From NCBI GenBank assembly GCA_016283195.1, contig JAEEML010000037.1, forward strand, positions 1-57,120: a stretch of DNA of 57,120 nucleotides, in the 5' to 3' direction. The number at the start of each line of letters is the position of its first letter. The first letter of the stretch is position 1. Of this stretch, positions 39,158 through 48,473 are shown piece after piece. The translations under genes were made by a program, and so were the position numbers. Origin of the DNA: Deltaproteobacteria bacterium. Lineage in GTDB: Bacteria > JAEEML01. The notes under the pieces are model-generated. The model searched no databases. It had not been told where the DNA came from and worked only from the letters and a program-made list of their open reading frames with translations.

Positions 39158-39475
39158 ATGGAATCATTTAAAATCGGTGATGCAAGGCGGCCGCAAATAG
39201 CAGCTACCCCCAGAAAAAAAGCTGGCAAAGAGCAGGAAGAAGCCGGAAAATCTCTGGGCTTTGAGCGTATTGAGAAGTTTTTGGAAGCCGATGATACCGC
39301 GGCGCAGCTGAAAGCTTTGGAAGATTCTATGGACGCTCTTAAAAAATTAGCGGCCGAAGCTGTTTCTCCGAGAGAAAAAAGCGCTGCCGAAAAAGCGCTG
39401 AAAGCCTATGTAAATACTATGGATCTTGTCCAGTTTCTCCTAAAGACCAAAGAACAAATGATGGCCGCTAAATAA
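39158..39475 (+). CDS. YscE/CdsE-like type III needle co-chaperone (putative)
   Basis: Two-helix pattern IEKFL...LEDSMDALKK...EKALKAYVNTMDLVQFL resembles YscE/CdsE; directly precedes the needle-like gene. Confidence 0.55.
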   Translation: MESFKIGDARRPQIAATPRKKAGKEQEEAGKSLGFERIEKFLEADDTAAQLKALEDSMDALKKLAAEAVSPREKSAAEKALKAYVNTMDLVQFLLKTKEQMMAAK

Positions 39476-39574
39476 TTTTTTTAACCAAAAAAAAGAGTAT
39501 CTGCGTACTTCATGCAGACGCTAAAGCTGGCGGGTGATGATGACCTGCTACAGCGATAAAATAGGAGGTCTCAA

Positions 39575-40126
39575 ATGAATATCACCAGTAACGTAAATGT
39601 TGACCGTAGTCTTGGAACCAAATTGAGCGTTGGTGCTCAACGCACTCGCCAAACCGAGAAAACCGATTTTGGTTCAAAATTGAAAGAGGGTCTCTCCAAA
39701 GTGGGCGATGTGGCTCTGCAAGCCGGTAATGTGGCTGCTCCTTTCCTGCCGGGTGGCTCGGTTGTCTCCGCCGCTATCAGCGGTGTAGCTTCTCTGAAAG
39801 ATGCTGCCGGCGGTGCCAGCTCCGGTCTCGGCCGCGTTGGCGGGGCAGTTACTTCCAACAGTGCCATGATTGGTGGCTCCGGCTCTGTCGGTGGTAGCGG
39901 CGCTGTAAGCACCGGTGCCGGTGCGGTTTCCGGTAACAGTGGCGATTCTTCTATGGCTCTTTTGCAAGCTACCCGCGAAATGCAGGAAATGAGCCAACAG
40001 TTCAATTTGCAATATTTGCAATTACAGCAAGATATGCAAAACGAGAACCGCCAATTCTCTATGGTCTCCAATATCATGAAAGTTAAACATGATACTGCCA
40101 AGACCGCTATCCAGAACGTGCGCTAA
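39575..40126 (+). CDS. SctF/YscF-like filament subunit with Gly/Ser-rich N-terminal extension (putative)
   Basis: C-terminus LQLQQDMQ...SMVSNIMKVKHDTAKTAIQNVR resembles needle subunits (PrgI-type SNTVK...IIQNFR); RBS AGGAGG; own terminator. Confidence 0.65.
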   Translation: MNITSNVNVDRSLGTKLSVGAQRTRQTEKTDFGSKLKEGLSKVGDVALQAGNVAAPFLPGGSVVSAAISGVASLKDAAGGASSGLGRVGGAVTSNSAMIGGSGSVGGSGAVSTGAGAVSGNSGDSSMALLQATREMQEMSQQFNLQYLQLQQDMQNENRQFSMVSNIMKVKHDTAKTAIQNVR

Positions 40127-40148
40127 TTAAATAATTAGCCGGCAAAAT

Positions 40149-40190
40149 AAAAAAGGGCAGCTTTTGAAAAAATAAAGCTGCCCTTTTTTT
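40149..40190 (+). terminator. Intrinsic terminator (potentially bidirectional) after the filament-like gene
   Basis: A6-GGGCAGCTTT-loop-AAAGCTGCCC-T7. Confidence 0.88.
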
Positions 40191-40248
40191 ATTAATAAGC
40201 AATTGACCGGCTGATTTTATCCGGCTAGAATTAGTTCGTTGTTTTTTC

Positions 40249-40275
40249 GCAACAATAAAAAGGGAACTCCGATAA
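40249..40275 (+). promoter_or_regulatory. Putative FliA/sigma28-type promoter GCAAC-N14-TCCGATAA
   Basis: Located after the terminator and before the TPR chaperone gene; matches the motifs at 10804 and 21476. Confidence 0.55.
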
Positions 40276-40307
40276 TAAAGGAGCCCTTAGATGAGAGGAT
40301 CGAAGGC

Positions 40308-40724
40308 ATGAGTAAAGAAGAGATGATAACCGGATTGATCGAAGTACCGCAGAAACAGGCTTCCATGCTTTTGGAGGCAGGTTATCTCCTTATGGAACTC
40401 GGTAAAAATAAAGAAGCCGAGGAGACATTCCAAGGAGTGGCTGCCCTTCTTCCGCATAGTGAAGTGCCGCACATGGCTCTTGGCCATCTCTATTTCTCCC
40501 AAGGAAAATTCAATCAGTCGCTTACAGAACACCGCGCAGCTGCCAAACTTAATGCCAATTCGGCTTTGGCTTTTGCCTCTGTCGGTGAAGTGCTGCTCTT
40601 TTTGAAAAAACCAGAACAAGCTTTAAAAGAACTGGCCAAAGCTATCGAACTCGACCCCGATGGATCGGCCGGTGAATTTGCGAAATCCCTCCGCGATGCC
40701 CAAAAACAGGGTGTTTTCGGCTAA
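40308..40724 (+). CDS. YscG/CdsG-like TPR type III chaperone (start uncertain, 40308 or 40323)
   Basis: Three TPRs; MLLEAGYLLMELGK.KEAEETFQG...LLP resembles CdsG/SycD-type chaperones. Confidence 0.65.
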   Translation: MSKEEMITGLIEVPQKQASMLLEAGYLLMELGKNKEAEETFQGVAALLPHSEVPHMALGHLYFSQGKFNQSLTEHRAAAKLNANSALAFASVGEVLLFLKKPEQALKELAKAIELDPDGSAGEFAKSLRDAQKQGVFG

Positions 40725-40742
40725 GGATTTAGTGAGGAACTT

Positions 40743-41054
40743 ATGACCGTTACCGTTAGTGGCGCTTATCGTCCGGTTGATTTTAACGTTTCCGGGCCAA
40801 TATCTCCTCAGGATAATCAGCCTGTGAGCGGAGAAATTAAAACAGCACCGCAGCAAAATGTGGAACTAAAGCCGGTGCGCGATAGTTTGGACATCAGCTT
40901 AAGAGCCGCGATAAGCACCATGTTGGCTTCGCATCCGCTGGTTAATACTCTTTCCAGTGAGGAAAGAGCAGCTCTGGTTAGCGCAGTGGAATTTTCTTTG
41001 AAACAAGGTATCGGGATCTCCTCTTTAATACGCATTATCGAACGCAGCCGCTAA
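40743..41054 (+). CDS. Hypothetical protein, 103 aa
   Basis: RBS GAGGA; disordered Ser/Pro N-terminus then helices; 18 nt after the TPR gene, so likely co-transcribed. Confidence 0.65.
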   Translation: MTVTVSGAYRPVDFNVSGPISPQDNQPVSGEIKTAPQQNVELKPVRDSLDISLRAAISTMLASHPLVNTLSSEERAALVSAVEFSLKQGIGISSLIRIIERSR

Positions 41055-41159
41055 TATTTCCCCTTAATAATATTTTTTGTGGTGAAAAGAGTGGCTGTTT
41101 GCTCCTTATGATTAGGTTTATTTGATGAGCTGCTCTGCTTTCGGCCCGCTTTTAGAGTC

Positions 41160-43571
41160 ATGAATTTTCTCATTATATCTTTGCTGTTTATGACTCTGCC
41201 CGTAGATGAAGCCTGGCCACCCTTGGCCGGCTATGACCTTGGCGCTATGGAGGGCAGCTCTTTTGGCATATTGGAAAAAGATCTGCTCCCGGCGGCGCAG
41301 GATAGCGCTTCGATTTTAGATATTTGGCTTATTCCGGCCATCTATCTCCCTTATGGCAGCGGTGGCCACTCCGAATTGGAAGATTTGCGCTACTCGGCTT
41401 ATGGGCGCAGTTTTCGCAGTAATCACACTTTTATTGAAAATATAGATGTGAGCGACCCTTTTAACGACGGTGTGCCCATGATTAGTGCGCCATGGCCGCT
41501 CTGGAGCTCTATGCGCTTTTCCGGCCTTAGAAATACTTACGGCGAGCAGCTGGGAGTAACTTATAATTTGGCGCGCCCCATTAGTCCCGGCCTTTCCGGC
41601 TCTATAGAGAGCTCGTTTATTGATGAAACCGGCGGGCCAACGCTTATTCCGCCGCATACTCTGGACGGTGAGCCGGGGACGGTGCGCGGGGCCACTCTTA
41701 AGAGAAGGGAAATAGCGCGCAATTATTATTTTGGCGGTCTGGCCCGTTATTGCGGTGAGCGATATTGCCTTTGGTTTAGCGCCGATTATCAAAAACTTGA
41801 TCGCACTTTTATCACCCATGACCATTTGGATGCTGGTGAGCGTTTGCGTCTGGCCAGCGGCTTTGAAGCGCAAAAAAGCGGCTATAAAATATCTATGCGC
41901 TTTTTATATGAAATGGCAAAGCGCCAGGATTACGGCGGGGAATATCGCCTTAGTGCTACCGATTTGGCCAGCCAAAAGGCCCATGCTTTTCATGGGCAAT
42001 TTAATCTGCGCAAAGGGCGCATGGCTTTGCAACTGGGTTATACCGAGCGCCTGGAAAATATTACTCCCCATAGCTTAGTAGAGCATTTGGAAATTAGCGA
42101 TCTTAGGGCCCAGGGCTCGCTGCTCCCCAAATACGGTGAGGCCAGTCGCGGCCTTTTTCAGCTTAATTTAAACTATCTCGGGCGGCATCATCGCTTTTAT
42201 AACACTGTGCTTATCGACGGCGTTTATTATACACCGGCCGCGCGTGAACGCCTCTATACTTATTTAGGGCAGAGTGAATGGCGGGAAACTGTTACCGGTG
42301 AGGCAAAACTTTACCATCATCGCTACCGCCTGCGTACTTGGTATAATTATAAGCGCTCTTTTAAAAAAATTAAACTTAACGGCGTATTGGGAATTTTTGC
42401 CCAGCATACTCAGGCTCAGGGGCAGGATGTGGGCTTTTCCTGGCTTTCGCCCTATGGCCGCCTTGATAGTACTTTTCTCTTTTCGCCGCGTTTTTTTATT
42501 ACTATCGCCGGCCTTACCGATGTGCCGGATTTGCCGTATCAGGCTATTTTATATGCTAATAAAGCTTTGCCTTATACTGCCCGCACATTTTGGTTTGATA
42601 ATAACGAAAACGGCCTTTTTGAGTCCGGAGAAGAGGGCGCTTTGGTGCGCCGCGGCGGAGGCGGTACCCACGCTATAAGTGAGAATTTGCGCCCGGCCAG
42701 AGAATGGGAGCTCTTTATCGGTTTTGGCGGCAAAAGCGGCAAAAAATTAAACTGGCGCTTTAATATTATCGAGCGCTTTTATACCGGCCGCTATATGGTT
42801 TTATATAGTGAAAATCAGCGCTCTCTTTTTAGCGCAACAGCCTTTAAAGACCCAATGGGCAGTGCGCGCGGGGCTAATGCCTCACTTTCCGGCAGCGGCC
42901 AGGATCTAACGGCTTTTATCAAAGAAAGTGCCCTTTGGGGCAAAGATAGTTATATTTTAGAAAATGACAGCCGTTTGTCTTTTTATCAGGGAATTGAACT
43001 GGAACTTTATAGTGCCGGCAAAGTGGGCTTTTTTCATCTTTCCGGCACAGCTTATTGGGTAGAGGGCTTTGCTCCTTATGGCAACGGGCCGGAATATAAC
43101 GATTTTATGGCTATAGACGAAGAAAGTGCCGACCCAAACTGGCAAATAAACGAAAAAGGGCGCTTTGATAGCTGCCGCGCTTTGGGGCTGAATATTTTGT
43201 GGGGCATAAAGCTCTTTGGCAGCGCCCGCTACGGCGCACTCTTTTTTGCCAGCCTCACCCGTTATCGCGATGGCGAGCCCTTTTCGCGTATTGTTGTTAA
43301 TGATACTTTGCCTCAGGGCGCTACGCCCATAATGGCCAACTGGCGGGCCGGCGCGCGCTATACTTTCCACATGAGTTCCGATTTGCGCCTCGCTTATCGC
43401 CTGCCGCTGGGGCTCACCACTTTGTGGCTTGTGGCCGATATTTATAATCTTCTCGACTCGCGTGCCGAAATAACGGAATATGCCCGCTCCGGCGGCAACT
43501 GGCGGCAGGCTATGGAAATTTTGCCGGCCCGCACTTTTATGCTCAAAGTAAAAATTAATTTTGGCGGCTAG
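41160..43571 (+). CDS. TonB-dependent receptor-like outer-membrane protein
   Basis: Plug-like GRSFRSNHTFIENIDVSDPF; beta-strand pattern; C-terminal DIYNLLD...PARTFMLKVKINF. Confidence 0.7.
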   Translation: MNFLIISLLFMTLPVDEAWPPLAGYDLGAMEGSSFGILEKDLLPAAQDSASILDIWLIPAIYLPYGSGGHSELEDLRYSAYGRSFRSNHTFIENIDVSDPFNDGVPMISAPWPLWSSMRFSGLRNTYGEQLGVTYNLARPISPGLSGSIESSFIDETGGPTLIPPHTLDGEPGTVRGATLKRREIARNYYFGGLARYCGERYCLWFSADYQKLDRTFITHDHLDAGERLRLASGFEAQKSGYKISMRFLYEMAKRQDYGGEYRLSATDLASQKAHAFHGQFNLRKGRMALQLGYTERLENITPHSLVEHLEISDLRAQGSLLPKYGEASRGLFQLNLNYLGRHHRFYNTVLIDGVYYTPAARERLYTYLGQSEWRETVTGEAKLYHHRYRLRTWYNYKRSFKKIKLNGVLGIFAQHTQAQGQDVGFSWLSPYGRLDSTFLFSPRFFITIAGLTDVPDLPYQAILYANKALPYTARTFWFDNNENGLFESGEEGALVRRGGGGTHAISENLRPAREWELFIGFGGKSGKKLNWRFNIIERFYTGRYMVLYSENQRSLFSATAFKDPMGSARGANASLSGSGQDLTAFIKESALWGKDSYILENDSRLSFYQGIELELYSAGKVGFFHLSGTAYWVEGFAPYGNGPEYNDFMAIDEESADPNWQINEKGRFDSCRALGLNILWGIKLFGSARYGALFFASLTRYRDGEPFSRIVVNDTLPQGATPIMANWRAGARYTFHMSSDLRLAYRLPLGLTTLWLVADIYNLLDSRAEITEYARSGGNWRQAMEILPARTFMLKVKINFGG

Positions 43572-43595
43572 GGCAGCCGGCGTATAGGAAAAATA

Positions 43596-44432
43596 ATGGA
43601 AATTGCAATTATTATGCCCTCTTCTCCTTGTAAAAAAGAGGCTCTTGAAGCTGGCCTTGATATATTAAAATCATGGGGACATACCCCACTGCTCAGTCCT
43701 CTGGCCGAGCGGCCCGCTAAGCGTTATTTGGCCGGCAGCCGTGAGGAGCGCTTAGCAGAGCTTGATTGGGCACTTAACAGCAGCGCACCCTTCATTATGG
43801 CCGGGCGCGGCGGCTATGGCGTGCATCAGCTTTTGCCCTATTTGAATAAAAAAGCCATAGCCGCCGCCGCAAAGCCGCTCATGGGCTTTAGTGATATAAC
43901 GGCTTTGCACCAAATGTGGCTTTTAGCCGGCGCTCCGGTTTACCACGGCCCCAATGTCAGCACTCTTTATAAGCTGGATGAGAAAAGCCTAAAATACACC
44001 GCAGCTCTTCTTTCCGGGCAAGATGTAGTTAAGGAAATTATAGCTGATTTTAATGCTAAAATAACAGCACCTTATGTCCCAAATTGCCTTTTGGGTGGCA
44101 ATTTGGCTATGCTGGCCAGCTTGGCCGGAACGCCATATTTATATAAACCTGCGGAGAAATTTACCCTCTTTTTAGAAGATATCGGCGAGGCGCCGTACCG
44201 CCTGGATCGCCTTTTGCAACAGCTTTTGCTGTGCGGCTATTTTGCGCCCGTAGAGCGAGTTTTCTTAGGGGAATTTGTGGGCTGCGATCCCGATGCCGCA
44301 GCCGGTTATAAGGCCATAGATGTTTTAAAAGAGTTTTTTGCTGAGCTTGATATTCCCGCTTTTGCCGGTTTTCCGACGGGGCACGGAGAAGTTAATTATC
44401 CTCTTTTCCTTGGCAGGCAGAAAAGTAATTAG
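43596..44432 (+). CDS. ldcA: LD-carboxypeptidase (peptidase S66)
   Basis: GRGGYG, GFSDIT, HGP, GGNL, LEDIGE, GHG. Confidence 0.92.
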   Translation: MEIAIIMPSSPCKKEALEAGLDILKSWGHTPLLSPLAERPAKRYLAGSREERLAELDWALNSSAPFIMAGRGGYGVHQLLPYLNKKAIAAAAKPLMGFSDITALHQMWLLAGAPVYHGPNVSTLYKLDEKSLKYTAALLSGQDVVKEIIADFNAKITAPYVPNCLLGGNLAMLASLAGTPYLYKPAEKFTLFLEDIGEAPYRLDRLLQQLLLCGYFAPVERVFLGEFVGCDPDAAAGYKAIDVLKEFFAELDIPAFAGFPTGHGEVNYPLFLGRQKSN

Positions 44433-45709
44433 CGGCAGAGGCCGGTTTCTTCGTCACACCCTAAGCGGCATACTTCGTATGAAACGGGCCCAAAAAACGA
44501 TTTGTTGTCACCGAGATTGGTTTCCAGGCAAGAATAAAGCATTGAGCTCGCAAGAGCAGTATCGTCTATGGTTATGCATTGCTTTTTATCCTGAGTACAA
44601 GTTGTATTATCAAAACAGTCGGCATAAGCTCCTTCGCCGTAGTTATCTAGTTGTGAAAAAATAGTTACGCCGCAAGTAAGGCCGTTAGGACAGGGTTCTT
44701 TAATCACTTTTTTACTTTGGGAAGAGCAGTAAATCATGTTGTTGCCATCGCAGCGCATCACAAAAAGTTGCGGTGTGCAGGTGGCGTTTTCTTGCAGACC
44801 GGCGCCTTTGTCGGCCTCGTTAATGGTGCACTCAAGCGTGTCGGCATTGCAGCTACTGCAATAGGTATCTCCGGTAGCCATAACGAAGTCATTTTTGCTT
44901 GTTTCCACGCAAGTTGTTTGGCGCAGTACTGGTATGCCATTTACTGTAGCGCAAGCTTTTTCCTCGGAGGCTGCGTCGCAGGAATCAATGGGATTAGTAC
45001 ACTCGGCCATATCGCGTCCATTTACGGTAAATTCCCGGCAAACCTGGTTACCGGTACAGGTAGTGGCAATTATTCTGCCGCCAAATCCGTCAGAATCTTT
45101 TTCTCCAGGTTCATAACAGGTAAGCGGGGTAGTGTCATTGGCACAATGCGGTTTATAGCTAAATGGGGAGCAAAGTTGGCCTTCTTCCGGAGCCAGTAAA
45201 AGGCAGGTGTTTTTTTGTTTGTCACAACCATGCTTGCAGTAGGTAAATTTATCTTGGGCATAATAAAGCTTGCCACCCTCGGTTTTAATACATTTCATGG
45301 GCCAATAAATGTCGTAATTCATATCTACATCTTCTTTGTTGTAACAAAGATCAACGATATCACCCTCTTTATCGCAGGGCAGAGCGCAAGTGATAGCTTT
45401 TTCGCCATATTCCGGCAATATAGTGCAAGTAGCGCCTTCAGCAACTTTGGAGCAATCTGTGACTGCCCAAGTGCTTGGAGCATTTAATTTTTTCTTGCAA
45501 GTAAAAATATTGCCGTCTTGGCAAAAATCGGCATCTTTAGTCGAATCGCACTCATCACCGGCCTTTATTTTGGAGTCTGCCGGTTTGGTGTTTTTTGGTG
45601 TTTCATCAGTTTTGGCATCTGATGAAGGCTTTTGGTCCGGGTCGTTTTTGCAACCGGAGATAGGCGCAAGCGATAACACAAGCGCTATTGTCAGAAACTT
45701 TTTAATCAT
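44429..45709 (-). CDS. Cys-rich repeat lipoprotein
   Basis: Lipobox ISGC; three similar Cys-rich modules each ending C..GCD....C or a variant; RBS GAGGAGG. Confidence 0.8.
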   Translation of the reverse strand: MIKKFLTIALVLSLAPISGCKNDPDQKPSSDAKTDETPKNTKPADSKIKAGDECDSTKDADFCQDGNIFTCKKKLNAPSTWAVTDCSKVAEGATCTILPEYGEKAITCALPCDKEGDIVDLCYNKEDVDMNYDIYWPMKCIKTEGGKLYYAQDKFTYCKHGCDKQKNTCLLLAPEEGQLCSPFSYKPHCANDTTPLTCYEPGEKDSDGFGGRIIATTCTGNQVCREFTVNGRDMAECTNPIDSCDAASEEKACATVNGIPVLRQTTCVETSKNDFVMATGDTYCSSCNADTLECTINEADKGAGLQENATCTPQLFVMRCDGNNMIYCSSQSKKVIKEPCPNGLTCGVTIFSQLDNYGEGAYADCFDNTTCTQDKKQCITIDDTALASSMLYSCLETNLGDNKSFFGPVSYEVCRLGCDEETGLCR

Positions 45710-45806
45710 GGCTAATCCTCCTCTTACCGGCCTTAGGCCGATATAAAAAAACAGTTTTTTAAACTATCACGTTTGGCAACTTTTCTGCAATAACCTATTT
45801 TTTTAT

Positions 45807-46445
45807 TTGGCTAAAAGCCGAATTTTTGACCATTACGGTAGTCTTAGTAAGATGGGCACGCGCTTTAGGAGTGCCGAGATGCCCTTGGTTATAAAACGTG
45901 CTCTAAATAATATTTTGCTTACCGTGACGGTGCTTTTGCTTTTTGCCGCCGCGTTGGTGTTTTTGGCGGTTAAAGAGCCTGATTCTCTTAGCGGCACACT
46001 CTATTTGCAAATTATTTATCGCACTATGGGGCCAAGAGCGGCCTTGCCCTTATATAACGGCACACTAGGCATGGTGGATTATAAGAGTTTGCCCGCAGTG
46101 AGTGACCGCTTTTTAGTGCGCACTCTTTTGGCTGTTGATACTCCCGAGGAGGAGCAGACGGCCATTTTAAATTTTTATTTACAGCGTTCCGGCTACGGCC
46201 TTTCACAATATCTTCTTGGCCATAAGAGAGAAGTGGCCAAAAGGCTTCTGGCGCGTTTGGCAACTTATGACCAAAACGAGCGCTTTTTGGCTTTAAGGCT
46301 TTTGGAAGAATTGGAAACCGGCCGCCCGCTATCGCCGGAAAAGATGAATAAAATAGCTGAATTAAGTCTGCCCAAGGCGCATAAATTACTGGAAAAGTGG
46401 GTAGAAGAGCAAAATTCTCCGCGAGTAGCTCTCGGCGATGAATGA
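45807..46445 (+). CDS. Hypothetical membrane-anchored protein (start uncertain)
   Basis: One TM helix followed by a helical domain; alternative starts at MGTR or MPLV. Confidence 0.6.
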   Translation: MAKSRIFDHYGSLSKMGTRFRSAEMPLVIKRALNNILLTVTVLLLFAAALVFLAVKEPDSLSGTLYLQIIYRTMGPRAALPLYNGTLGMVDYKSLPAVSDRFLVRTLLAVDTPEEEQTAILNFYLQRSGYGLSQYLLGHKREVAKRLLARLATYDQNERFLALRLLEELETGRPLSPEKMNKIAELSLPKAHKLLEKWVEEQNSPRVALGDE

Positions 46446-46534
46446 AAATTCTATGAAATATCATTGAATGGCCACTATGTTTCCACTATAATGCCAGCTT
46501 AATGTGGCTGCCCTAAGGGCCATTGGAGGTTGCA

Positions 46535-46852
46535 ATGTTTGTAGAAGGTGATGTTGAACTTTTAATCAAAGACCGCGCTATTTTGGAAGAAGATGATTAT
46601 GCCTTAAAGCTCTGGATTCAACGAGCTTTTAAGGATATGTGCTGTTACCGCATTTCCAATTTGGAGGAGCAAGCATCCAATAAATATAAAGTTACCGTGG
46701 CTCTTAAAACCGATATCCTGCCGGAATCTGAGCGCCATATTGTGGAAAGCCACGGCAAAGATGTTGGAATGCTGCGCACTTTTATCGAAAAGATGTTTAT
46801 CGGCAAGGGCACTTGTAAAGCGGTGGGTGATCCCAAATTGCGGGATAACTGA
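46535..46852 (+). CDS. Hypothetical protein, 105 aa (start revised to MFVEGD)
   Basis: RBS GGAGG before the ATG at 46535. Confidence 0.7.
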   Translation: MFVEGDVELLIKDRAILEEDDYALKLWIQRAFKDMCCYRISNLEEQASNKYKVTVALKTDILPESERHIVESHGKDVGMLRTFIEKMFIGKGTCKAVGDPKLRDN

Positions 46853-46870
46853 TTAGAGGAGAAATTAGTA

Positions 46871-47311
46871 ATGAGTAATATCGCCGTTGTTAATGTGGCC
46901 AGAATTCTCGATGAGAGCAAAAAAGGCAAAGTGCTGGCTGCTACTTTGCGTTCGGCTGCCGATAAGTGGCAAAGGGATCTCCAGGAACTGGAAAAGCAAT
47001 TTAACGAAGCGCGCGAAAAGCTGGAAAAGCTCGGCCAAGGTATTAGCGATGCGCACTTTAAACAAGAGCGCGAAGTGCGGATGCTGGAAGTGGAAATGCG
47101 CCACATTCAAACCAAAGCCCAGCTGGATATTGAGTCCCGCCGCGACCAAGCCCGCAATAAACTTTTACAAGAGATAAATCCCATTATGGAGAGTTTGGCT
47201 AAAGAGCTCTCTATTGAATTAGTGCTCACCGTGCCGGCCCGCGAAGTTATTTATGCTGCTCAGGCTATTGATATTACCGATAAGCTGCTTGCCAAAGTCG
47301 ATGCCGCTTAA
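46871..47311 (+). CDS. OmpH/Skp-family protein lacking a signal peptide
   Basis: IAVVNVARILDESKKGK, coiled coil, VIYA...DITDKLL; RBS AGAGGAG. Confidence 0.8.
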   Translation: MSNIAVVNVARILDESKKGKVLAATLRSAADKWQRDLQELEKQFNEAREKLEKLGQGISDAHFKQEREVRMLEVEMRHIQTKAQLDIESRRDQARNKLLQEINPIMESLAKELSIELVLTVPAREVIYAAQAIDITDKLLAKVDAA

Positions 47312-47352
47312 TCTTCTGCCACTTATTATAAAATAAGCTGTTTGCCGCTTTT

Positions 47353-48387
47353 TTAGTTTTTATCAGCCAGAAATTCTTTTTGGCCGCCGTTTTTGATCCA
47401 CTCGCTAAGGAGTAAGAGGCCCTTTTCAACGGAGACTTTGGGTTCATAGCCGAGATCGCGCTTGGCAGCGCTGATATTAAACCAATGAGCGGTTGAAAGC
47501 TCATTTACAACCCAGCGGGTTAGGGTAGGTTCCTGGCCTTTGCTGGAAACTTTCCAATATGATTCGGTCATGGCGGCGGCAATGAGAGCGGCCTTTTTGG
47601 AGATGGTTTTTTTCACCGGCGGCAAAGCGGCGGCGGCCAGAATTTTATCCATTATTTCCCAAGTGGGCACAGGAGAATCGCCGGTGATGAAATAGGGCTT
47701 TCCGGCTACTTTTTGCGCTTCTTCCGGAGTGGATAAGAGCTTTTCCATGGCCAAAATGTGGGCATAAGCGGCATCGGAAATATAAGTAGTATCGACCAGT
47801 TTAGATTTTTCGCCGATGCGCCGGAGCTTGCCGGCAGCGCCCTGTTCTATTATGCGGCGGGTTAAGCTGGTGTCTCTTGGGCCCCAAATGAGGTGCGGGC
47901 GCAGAGCTATCGTGCGCAAAGTTGGTGAATTACTTTTTAATATGAGCTGCTCGGCCATAGCTTTGGTGGCCGGGTAATTAGCTTCGTAATTTTTGGGGTA
48001 AGGGGCCGATTCATCGGCGCCTTCCATATCCTGACCGTTAAAGACAACGCTGGGAGTGGAGGTGTAAACAAGGGCTTTTACCCCCGCTTTTTGGCAGGCT
48101 TCCAAAACGCGCATGGTGCCTTCAACATTGATGCGATAAAAAGTATCCCAACTGCCCCAGGAGCTGGCGAGAGAAGCACAGTGAATAACGGCGTCGCAAC
48201 CATTTACCGCTGAGCTTAAGGCCTCGCCGCCGCTTGTTAAATCGCCGGTTAACTGAGTTACGGCGAGAGTGTCTAAATATTTATGGTGCTGGCGGCTAAA
48301 ACTGGCTACTTCATGCCCCGCTTCTTTTAGTTGGCGGACAATTTCACCGCCCAAAAAACCACCGCCTCCGGTAACCAAAACTTTCAT
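47353..48387 (-). CDS. Extended SDR, 3-beta-HSD/OleD-like reductase
   Basis: TGGGGFLG, YTSTPSV, YPATK, ALRPHLIWGPRD. Confidence 0.88.
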   Translation of the reverse strand: MKVLVTGGGGFLGGEIVRQLKEAGHEVASFSRQHHKYLDTLAVTQLTGDLTSGGEALSSAVNGCDAVIHCASLASSWGSWDTFYRINVEGTMRVLEACQKAGVKALVYTSTPSVVFNGQDMEGADESAPYPKNYEANYPATKAMAEQLILKSNSPTLRTIALRPHLIWGPRDTSLTRRIIEQGAAGKLRRIGEKSKLVDTTYISDAAYAHILAMEKLLSTPEEAQKVAGKPYFITGDSPVPTWEIMDKILAAAALPPVKKTISKKAALIAAAMTESYWKVSSKGQEPTLTRWVVNELSTAHWFNISAAKRDLGYEPKVSVEKGLLLLSEWIKNGGQKEFLADKN

Positions 48388-48473
48388 GGCTGCCCCCTGT
48401 TAAACCAAACAGCTGGGCGAACTCTAGCAAACTTTAAGATTTTGGTAAACCGCAATTACAGATTAGAGGGCAT

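Noticed and set aside
39520..39560. Sigma28 promoter before the filament-like gene (TAAAG ... AGCGATAA)
   Set aside because: Spacing is about 26 nt rather than 15.
47353..48387. Olefin biosynthesis (oleABCD) cluster
   Set aside because: Only the OleD-like SDR is present, with no oleA/B/C neighbours, so no gene symbol was assigned.
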